Shown one piece after another: positions 47,046 to 56,488 of a DNA stretch of 64,000 bases. Under the pieces are notes generated by a model, which saw only the letters and a list, made by a program, of their open reading frames with translations, made no database searches and was not told where the DNA came from. The stretch is taken from the NCBI GenBank assembly GCA_013115145.1, contig JAAPAO010000106.1, forward strand, positions 11,998 through 75,997. The letters run 5' to 3'. The stretch's first letter is position 1; every line of letters starts with the position of its first letter. The stretch is from Perkinsus chesapeaki ATCC PRA-425 (lineage: Eukaryota; Protista; Perkinsozoa). Both the position numbers and the translations under genes were made by a program.

Positions 47046-48860
47046 ATGAATTTTTCGACTGATATTATGTTGACAGATGCCTCCTCCTCTTCATCGTGTG
47101 GAGGCGTGAATCAGACTAGCGACTCTGAAGAGGATGATGAAGATTATGAACCAACAGCTCCTGTGAGAGATAGCTCATCATCATCGGAAGGGAGCAGTGC
47201 GGAGGATAGTGTTAATCATCAAAATACGCCAGTAAGCTTGACCAAAATATTACTCGATCATGCGGTGGCTACGTGGTGGAAGGAATACCCGAAAGTCGTT
47301 TTGATTTAGCATTTCAAATGACAACCTTTGAAAGTCCACATCACACCTTCCGCAGTTTCGGACTCATGTCGAAGCGTTCTAACGCAGCTTTGCACATGCG
47401 TGCAGCTCCTCGAGAGATAATAATATACAGATCGTAAACGAGGGAAAGTGTATTGCGGTGAGGGCTTAGGGTGAGAATAGAAGGCGGACCCGGGGATCGA
47501 ACCCGCGACCACGGTGACGAAGACTCACAACGTATTAGTGTATCCTACTTCAGTTAACGAGATCCGAAAAACGTCGGCGGAAGGCCGGGTATAAAAAACA
47601 AACATCACCACCGAAACGGAGGGGTAGGGGGTTCACCTTACCACGGTATCATTCAAGTGCTAGGTCATGACGCGCCCCGGCCACGGCTATCCCTGGTGGA
47701 CCAGGGGATCATCATTGATAGTTTCAACACTGAGCTTGGGGACATCTACGCTGTGGAGGTCAAACCAGCGGCAAAAACTCCCCGCTATATCAGGTGGTTT
47801 GATCGGAAATCATCGGATCCGGACTTGGCCGGACCGGCGATTGCTGAGATGAAGAGAGTGAGGAGAACGTTCCAGAATTGCGCTCATTTTTCTCCAGGCT
47901 GAGATGCCATTGCACCGGAAGATATTTTTCCTGCTCGAACAGAGGCTTCCTGATAGAGAGCTTCCCCAGGCACCTTTGGACTTGCTGGCGGCAGCGTTCG
48001 GACGGGCGAAGCTCGGCGACTTGGAGGTAGGGATGGTGGTTTGTTATTATCAATCATGATTCAGAGTGATGCTGTCATTGCTTGGATCGCAACACAGGAC
48101 CCAGCTAAGATGACTCACCGCGTTTGTGCCGCGGCAGTGATCGGTTGCGGTGGACGGCGGAGCCCCGGACACTCGCCGAACTTCATCATCCGGCTTTTCA
48201 CAACATCTCGGGATGTGTCCTTCGGACGAAGAAAAGTGAGTGGCAGGCTGTTGCATGTGTTGGTCAATTGAAACTTGTAAAATCGAGCCAGCGGCGAATT
48301 ATGTAAGTAACTTCGGACGTATTTTGTGGCGCGTGACGCTTGAGGTTGGTGTATGATAATGATGGTACTGCTAGGAAATCCTCAGTGTCATTGGCGCAAT
48401 GGTTAAAATGGATGTCACTTATCAGATGATTCAATAGTAAAGAAACTCAGCTACGTAATACTTCCTTTGTTTAATACAACTTTACTGGGTTCCAGACAAG
48501 CTCCTAGGATTTGCCTTCGCATGATGAAGGACATATTTCATCTGATCAGGTTAGAGTCCGCGGCAATGGTTGGGGAAAGCTCCTACTACAGGAGATAGAG
48601 CACCATCTAGTGGCAGCTCGTAACTGCCCATACCTCCTAGTTGAGAGCGTTGCCGAAGCCTGGGGGTGTGTAACCCATCTGTCCTCCACCTTCAGATGAG
48701 TCAGGTTCTGGTCGCACCTCGGTTTCGAACTGAAGAGCTCCAGAACCACGGCGACATCCTCGAGCGACACAGAGGGGTGCGAGTTTGATACCATGCGGAT
48801 AGGTGTCTACGCCCAGACTCTCATCGGCGCCAAGCCAGTCAGATCGTTTCGACGGGTATG
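47046..48860 (+). CDS. Multi-exon protein with a C-terminal GNAT acetyltransferase-like domain
   Basis: VRGNGWGKLLLQEIEHHL (acetyl-CoA-binding motif A) and LLVESVAEAWG...FWSHLGF. Acidic, S-rich N-terminus. Confidence 0.6.
47482..47530 (-). pseudogene. tRNA-like 3' portion in an 81-nt intron (47458-47538), antisense to host
   Basis: GTTGTGAGTCTTCGTCACCGTGGTC GCGGG TTCGATC CCCGG GTCCGCCT. Phase-0 splice gives KCIA|CILLQLTRSEK. Confidence 0.75.
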
Positions 48861-49022
48861 ACAAAGCTGGCCTTCCCCTTGCAATGATATTGTCCATTAT
48901 CTTTCCACCAAGTCCTCCTTGAATTCGAGGGCGAGCGATGATAACTCTGCGCTGATGAGGGCGGAGCGAAGCGATTTTTGTTTTACATTTTTGTGGGGGT
49001 GCGCAGTTACTATTGATCGTTG

Positions 49023-50308
49023 ATGACTAATTCAAGCGGTGCTGCTCTATTGAACCTTCTGAATGGCGGGGTATCATCCTCATCGACTAACAAACCGACA
49101 GATGATGGTGAGATCGCTAACCACCATTGCAGTGTAATAGTTCGTGTCAGGTAAGCATCTTTTGGCCCTTCTTAAAGGTGGTGGCTGCTCTAAAACCGCC
49201 TGGGAGCAGGCCTCGGCAACAACGACATCATCTTCGTCCGAGTCTACTATGTCCCCAATTCTGGACAAGTTGTTTAATAACACCACCCACGAAGAGTAAG
49301 CTTTTCTAGGTTCAATCTTTAAATAATTCTCTTTAGTGAACATGACTGCAGCTACAAACGGTTCCTGTGTTGGTATTGGGAGCATGATCTACCATGCGTC
49401 CACGGCGACAGCTGCAGATTCGCTCATGGCTTCGGTGATATGGGACCAAGTCAAGTTGATGGTGCGTTGGTGACAATAGACGGCTCTGACTTCCCCGCGA
49501 GAACCATGATTAAGTAAAAGAGCGGTATGAGATTCCAAGCAGTCGTGTGATAGGTTCCCTTTGCCGGGCTGTGATGTTCGCTATCAAAGCGGGGTCTTTT
49601 CTAAAGAGGAAAGCGAGCTATTTCTGTCAATGTTAATAAGTGAAAAGTATGTATCCTGGAATAGGGTCGGATATGGCAGAGATGTGGTGCAGTTCTCCAG
49701 TCCAAAGGGGATGAAGTAATATAATAATATAAAAAGTTATTCTGACACCTCTAGCTGTTAATAGGTATAGTTTCTCTGATGAGGATTATATAGCAGATGC
49801 GTTCCCGCCATTTGTTCTTGGAATAATGCATCGGGTGAAGAGTATTATAGAGTAACTCCAAATCCATCTCCACCTTATCTTAGCCTGTCCAATTTAGGCC
49901 AATATATGGTGAAGATAAAGTACAGTTCAATTACTGCGTGGCTAATGTTTATCGGTCCGGTAAAGCAGGTAAGTTAGATGGTATCAGTCTTTCTCAAAAA
50001 GCTCTTTGTAGGCGTTACCTATCACAGCGATAATGAACCGGAGCTTCGGCCAGACTGCCCGATTGCTTGTGTCAGTTTCGGAGCGGAAAGGATATTTTCA
50101 TTGAAGGCGATGGGAGCAAAGTAATATGGTTGGAAGTATGGGTGGCTTTGAAAGGAGCGGTAGGTCGGAGACAGCATATCATGTCCGCCTGGAGGATGGA
50201 AGCGTTGTGATTATGGCTGGTGATACGCAGAAGAATTATCTTCATCAAATCACCAAGGAGGATCATATCTCTTCACACTATCCGAGGGTGTCGCTGACAT
50301 TTAGGTAG
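49023..50308 (+). CDS. CCCH zinc finger plus AlkB-family (ALKBH2/3-like) 2OG-Fe(II) dioxygenase, multi-exon
   Basis: YKRFLCWYWEHDLPCVHGDSCRFAHG (C-x8-C-x5-C-x3-H) spliced in frame to FNYCVANVY, YHSDNEPEL, IACVSFGAERIF, YLHQI and RVSLTFR. Confidence 0.8.
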
Positions 50309-50399
50309 TAATAAGGCGGTGATTCAGCTTTGGAGGGTCGGGGGGGGGGCTAGTTTGTTCGGATAGGCGACAGTTGTGTGAATTGATAGAGCAGAATCG

Positions 50400-51900
50400 G
50401 ATCAACTATACGGTTTGGTAGAATAATAGGAGTAATACTAGATATATTATAAAGCCATACAGTAGTACTGAGCTGAGTAATAATGTATAGTGTTGCTGAA
50501 GAATCGGATGAATCGGTGATGGATTTGGCGTGTTCTGAAAAGTATACATTCCTCTTAATTTCACGGCTTCGTGTCGAAACCCTCCTTATTTATTCCATCT
50601 TTGCATTTTTTTCGAATTTGCCTAGTTGGGAATGTTATCTACTATAACTATTATTAATTAACATCATTAATGATCATAATATATTGTTTACTACTGATAA
50701 AGCTATTATATTAATAATGCATACCACTGGGGTCATTTTAATAACTTGTCTCGAGTACAAGACGGTGAAGTAGAGAGGTTTTGAGTGATTGATAGTAGAG
50801 GAGGATTGTTGTTGTTGATATAATAATATGCTTATTTAGGGTACATCACACGGGAAAGAAGGATAAGCTATGATGTAGCTACTGGTCAATAGCCTTCTCG
50901 ATTGGAATTGTTGTTGCATTAATATTACCACAGTTGTGTGGTTGTTGGCTTGCTTTATTTACGAATGACACATTTTTGTTGAAGTCGAAGTAATAGGGAG
51001 GATAGCACGCAAAAGACCGATGTTGAGTTATAGTTTTCACGTGGGTTCGATCCGCAGCAGGGGCATTTTTAAAATGTACAGGCCTAAAGGACGTGTTATG
51101 ATGACTAAGGTGACGGGGCCTCGGGAAGATAATGCTGCTGATGGTGGAGGGTCATCATCACCACCTGGGAAGGGTAAAGGAAATAATAGGGAGGGCAAGA
51201 CAGCAGAGAGAAAGGAGGACTTGATGGTAGTATGGGAAGGGGGAGAGAGAAGTCCATGACCGGTGGTTATGGTGCTGACTGAATTCATACATTCAAGTAG
51301 GGTGGCATGGGATGATATAACAATATAAAAGCCACGACAAGGATTGGTCTCTTTTCAATTGAATGGAATCGAATCGTTTACATCCTTACTATTATTTTTA
51401 TACTTTCAAAATAATAGAACTGGAACTAGTTGTTATTCATAACCAGCAACAAGTAAGTGATTGGAAGCGATATAACTGATTAGGCAGATAGAGTCTATTA
51501 GGTGTTGTTTCATAGGCTTATACGGATTTGTTACTCATTGTGTGATGATCGAAAAACTAAAGGTATAGTGGTATACTATAGAAGTGTTGATGAGATACGA
51601 GAAGGTGAATGTTGAATAGATTGTTGCCGTTGGTAGGCAGTTGAATAAACGTTGTTATAGTCTTCATCTAGAATAGGTTTGATAGCTTTTAAAAGAATAG
51701 TGGAGTGGCACCTATAAATTGATAAAATGATAAGGGGTATTGGTATGTTTTTATGATACCATGTAGGTTAATAAAGAAAGCACGCCACCACCTGGAAAGG
51801 GTAATAGAAGGGGAGGAGGTAAAGGAAGGAAAGGAAATGATTACGATAATAATAGTAGCAAGCCACGTGGAGGAAAAGGGTAATAAAGGCTGAGGGGCGG
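50400..51900 (+). CDS. Hypothetical multi-exon gene with G/K/R-rich PPGKG segments
   Basis: Open exons PKGRVMMTKVTGPREDNAAD...PPGKGKG and VNKESTPPPGKGNRRGGGKG. Model incomplete. Confidence 0.3.
51040..51065 (+). pseudogene. tRNA-like T-arm and 3' end in an intron ending at 51081 (donor at 50990 or 51041)
   Basis: GTGGG TTCGATC CGCAG CAGGGGC A TTTTT AAAATGTACAG. Confidence 0.65.
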
Positions 51901-52169
51901 CAAGATGTCTTAATTGAGGCTGCTGCTGCTGGTTGGGGAAGCTGTTCCGAAAGTATACTTGTTAAATATATGTCTCCTGGCTTAGCTCCTGATGAACTGT
52001 GTCTTACTTTTTCGCAGAGACATTTAAGCGTCATCGAGAATGGTGATATGTTTATAATTTTTAGTTTTAATTATGATTTTAATTTTTCATCTTTATTTAT
52101 ATTTTTTGTCGGAGTCGCATCACGTTCGGCAGTGTTGTCTAGAAATCAGCGTATTTAGTTTATATTATT

Positions 52170-53725
52170 ATTTTATCAGAGTCAATGATGGTAGTCGGTC
52201 TAAGAGCAGCACACCAGAGAAGGTAAAGGAGCAAGCTGCTGAGGATCAGGGCCCACCTGGCAGCTCGTAGGGTTCAGTGCTTTGTAGGGGTAAGGATTTA
52301 CTGTTTTAGGCGAAAAGTGGTGATACGATTACTCCCGCCAAGTATAACAGAGGAGCAGCTGTGGAAGGCTATACCTGAGGCGGTGAAGGAGAGTGTGGTC
52401 GGAAGGTGATAGGAGGGAGTGCCGACTGGTGCAGCAGCTTGAGGGTCGAAGTGATTATAACTGTGCAACTGTTGAGGCGCTGATTCCGAGTTGTCGGTCC
52501 ATTTTTGTAAGGTATGGAACTGCGAGAATATAGTTTTAAGGAATATGCTATTATATATAATTAAAAGGTTTTATATGGAATTTGGTATGATAGCGGTATG
52601 GGAGAAATTGGTCAAAGGATCTTCTGGAGGACAATTTAATAGTATTAAGCTATTGGCTGGCGAACTGCAATAAAAAGGGGACAATGATTGTGTTAAATTA
52701 AGAGAGTGATTATGCATGGTTTAGGTACTTCGTCGGAGGGTCGCAGCCCAAACGCCCCAGTATAACCTGCCCTGCGGTGAACAGCCGATGCTATCTTGAA
52801 TTTGAGACCAAGCAGAAAGCCTTCGACTTCGTTAATGCTTTTCACGGACATAAATTCGTGGACCATGTAATAAGATGGTGATGATAGAGATGATGGTTGA
52901 GTGTTAGTCTGGGGAGACTTACCGAGCAGTGGTGTGCGCGTCGCCGTGGGGGAGGTGTTTGCCTAGTAGCAGCGGTAGACGGTCAAGGCATAACAGGGAT
53001 ATTAAGGAAGGTTCAATAGATAAGTGCAAGTAGGAGGGAAAGGGAGAGGGCGGAGGTTCGAATCCCGGTTAAGGTACTTTAAGGACTTTATTTCCTCTAT
53101 AAAGGAAGAGTCCCAAGTTGCCGCGTTACCGGAGCCAACAGAAGGTAACAGCTTTTGGATGGGTTCTGGGTGATGATTGTCAGTTACGTGTGATCCGGGG
53201 AAGACGCCTTTGGTGGATTATATTAATGAATGGTATAAAGATAAGGAAAGGAAAAAGGAGAAGGAAAGAAGGCGTCAAAGGGAAGCAGCTGAGGAGGCAC
53301 GAAAGAAGAAAAAACAAACAACTGAGAAGTATTTAGTGGATGCATCGCTCCGCTGTTACTGGTGTTATTTTTTTGCAGGGAGGGTGGTAAAAATGGTGAA
53401 AGTGGGAAGGATGGGAAAAGGAAAAAAGGAGGTCATCATCATCATAATGGCGGCGGCGGGGGAAGCAAGGATGATGGTAAGCAACGTCGAAGGACGTTCT
53501 AGTTGGGAATTTTCTCAGTTTTTTCCGTGAGCTGTAACTCGACGAGTGGCTAAACGCGGGAATTTCACTTCAGATTTTGTTGGTTTTTTGGTGGAAAAAG
53601 CGACGGCAATTTTATGAAAAAATTGATCGAAGGTGATTATTTACTGCTGTTTAGATTGGTGGTATGACCAGAGCTGGTATGGCTACCGAGGAGGGTACCG
53701 GGGAGGGAGAGGAGGAGGAGGATGG
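52170..53725 (+). CDS. UPF3: Nonsense-mediated decay factor UPF3, multi-exon; ends approximate (alternative stop at 53502)
   Basis: RKVVIRLLPPSITEEQL, SRCYLEF...AFDFVNAFHGHKFVD...GETYRAVV, EGSIDKCK|YFKDFI and KTPLVDYI. Confidence 0.88.
53046..53076 (+). pseudogene. tRNA-like 3' half straddling the acceptor of a 44-nt UPF3 intron (53030-53073)
   Basis: GAGGGCGGAGG TTCGAAT CCCGG TTAAG|GT A CTTT. Confidence 0.7.
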
Positions 53726-53993
53726 TGATGAGCGATAATGGTAAATTGATTATATCAAAAGGGTAGGTGATCGATATAGCGAGGTCATCGATTAGCATCC
53801 TTGTCAGGTGTTGGTAAGGTCCTTCGTAGAGAGTAGGTATTGAAGGAGGCTTCGGAGGTGGATAATCATCGTCTCCGAGTGATGGTCTTCCCAATGATCG
53901 TAACGTGCTCAATACTGTATCATTTTATATTGCAATTGGTGTTGAGTTTCACTAGTTGTCCGAAACAAGGTCAGAATGAACATGACGGCACGA

Positions 53994-55147
53994 ATGAAAC
54001 TGATAGACGCACATGCTCATCCGCAAATGGAGAAGTTAACGACTCGAACTAGCACTACGAATCTGATAAATCGATGTCATGCTGTGGGTGTGCATATGGT
54101 TGTTGCGTGTGGGACGAGTCCAGAAGATTGGGAGAGGGTACGGAGATTAGGAGACAGATTAAGATACTTTCGGTTGTGTCAGACTGCTGGGCTCGACTTG
54201 TCGTTGTATAAACCTCAATTGGGAATTCATCCGTGGTATGTCACACCAGAGATGGTGGACGAGGAGGAATGGAGGGTGCGCATGCGTGCAATGTTGGAGG
54301 CGAATGCTGAATTTGGTGTAGGAGAGATCGGTATTGATAAAATTAAGGCGAAGGAGGTAAGGTGGCGATGGGAGCCTCGTGGTATTCTCGTTTAGTCGAT
54401 GATATAGTCTGTGTTTTCCGGAGGCTTCCTGTTTTCCGATCCCATCTGTGGATAGAAGGATGAGTCGTGATAGGTCCCCATGGATGTACAAATGAAAGTC
54501 TTCAAGACTCAGTTGATGATGGCATCTGATCTGCACAGGCCCGTGTCGATACATTGTGTTCATGGTTACGGTCATTTGTTAAATGTCTTCAAAGATGAGG
54601 AGGCCTATGAAGGCATCCCTGCTGTTGTGCTGCACGCGTAAGGGAGGCCAGGCTGCTCTCATCATCGGTGTTGAAAATTCCCACATGGAATTTTTCGAAA
54701 CATTTTTATTTTTAGAGATATCTCAGGTACGGTGGGAGCGCAGAATTAATAAAGGATTTCATAAAGTGCACGAAGAGACGTAGGCGAGTCGTATCGCCGA
54801 AGTATACTGTCATCCATCAGGTGCTTACTTCAGCATTTCTGCCCGAAGCCCAACTCCGAAGAACTTAGTGGCCGTGGTCCACGCTGTGCCAAGGGACAGA
54901 TTGCTGATAGAGACGGATGCTCCTGATCAGATGCCCTATGATGATATGCTCAGTGGTGCCAGTTTAGGTAAGCCACACTCCACAGCTGCTGTGATACCTT
55001 CGTTCAGATCCAGTGGCTGTTGGTATCAATGACAGTGGCCTCATCGATGTGGTTCTGAAGAGGGTATCCGAGGCTCTGAGAGAGAAGGAGGATGTGATCG
55101 CAGCTATCACCAGTGAAAACGCTCAGCGAGCTTTCGGCACAGTATGA
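53994..55147 (+). CDS. tatD: TatD-family deoxyribonuclease, multi-exon
   Basis: IDAHAH, GIHPW, VGEIGID, PVSIHCV and LLIETDAPD. Confidence 0.92.
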
Positions 55148-55175
55148 GCCGGTTGAGAAGGAGCTGAACACAGAC

Positions 55176-55210
55176 TGCCTACCCCGAGGTTCGAGCAGGA
55201 TCCGCCTGCC
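55176..55210 (-). pseudogene. Decayed tRNA-like 3' half between tatD and the dehydrogenase gene
   Basis: GGCAGGCGGATCCTG CTCGAAC CTCGG GGTAGGC A, which aligns with the 12324-12353 element. Confidence 0.6.
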
Positions 55211-55368
55211 GAAGTTGCCAATAATCTATCATTGTCAATGAAAAAGTGAAGTGTTGAGTCACCAGTAGTGGGCGAGTGACACTACAGATCGATTGTGCAA
55301 CGTTCTGTCTCCCCCTAGCCATTTTGTAGGAGTAATTATTATTAGACTTTCAAGTGTTTTTTATCATC

Positions 55369-56379
55369 ATGGAAGTAGCCGTTATCGGCAGCGGTATGAT
55401 GGGTCGTGGCATTGCCGCTTGCATTGCTGCTGGTGGTCCTCATCACGTACACATGTTTGATACCAGTTCCGATGCCCTCAAGGCAGGCGTCGATAAGGCA
55501 ATCGAACAGCGAGAATTTTTGCGCCAGAATCACGTCCCTCCAAGTGCGGTTCCCGGGGAGATCTACGCCGCCGAGAGCTTGCAGTCTGCCGTTGAGAATG
55601 CGGACTTCATATTCGAGGCTGTCATCGAGGACACCGAAGTGAAGCAGAATGCGTTCCATCAAATTGAACAAGGGTGCAAGAAGGAAGATTTCGTCATGTG
55701 CACCAACACCAGCAGCTTATCTGTTACCGAGATTGCCTCCAAGCTCGTTAGGCCCGACAGATTGGTTGCCGCTCACTTCATTGGACCAGCTCATTTGGTA
55801 CCCCTGGTTGAAGTATGCCCAGGCGAGAAGACTGCTGACGCTGCAGTTGAGAAGGTTGCGAAATTCTTAGAAAAATGCGGCAAAAAACCAGCAGTCGTAA
55901 GCACCATTTTTGGCGATTCTCTGGAGTCGTTGTGTCTCAGATGAACAAGGAGACTGACGGTTTCGTGTGTGCTCGTCTGCAAGCCGCCCTCTATCGTGAG
56001 TGTCTCCATCTGGCCAAGCTGGGCGTTGCTGACCCTGAAACCATCGATGCTGTCGTCTACAATGGTTTTGGGCGCCGATTCAACACCATCGGACCATTCC
56101 AACAGAACGATTTTGCAGGTTTGGATCTGGTCAAGGGAACTCATGCCAGATTTTTCCCCCAACTCGGAAAGTGAGCATTATTGTTTTCTTTATGGACCTT
56201 TATGCTTCAGAGAGACCCACGACGACCGCAGTGAAGCTCTAGTTGCCGAGGGACGACTTGGCGTGAAAAACGGCAAAGGCAATTACGATTGGTCGGACGA
56301 AGATATTAAACGTGTTGGAGGTGCTCGGGATGCCGAGTTGCTCCGCAGGCTCAAGGCAGACTTCAATGGTGATGAGTAG
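55369..56379 (+). CDS. 3-hydroxyacyl-CoA dehydrogenase family protein (2 introns)
   Basis: VAVIGSGMMGRGIA Rossmann motif, FEAVIE, CTNTSSLS, AHFIGPAHLVPLVEV, ETDGFVCARLQAALYRE and IGPFQQNDFAGLD. Confidence 0.92.
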
Positions 56380-56488
56380 AGTGGCGGTGCCGTTGGTTTC
56401 AACTAAATGTACTTTTGTTGAACTCTACATTATTATTAATAATGATTGTAGAAATGTTAATAATATAACGACACAGCTTCAATAGGCA

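Noticed and set aside
49080-49385. 101-aa minus-strand ORF
   Set aside because: It is antisense to exons of the CCCH-AlkB gene, which has recognisable domains.
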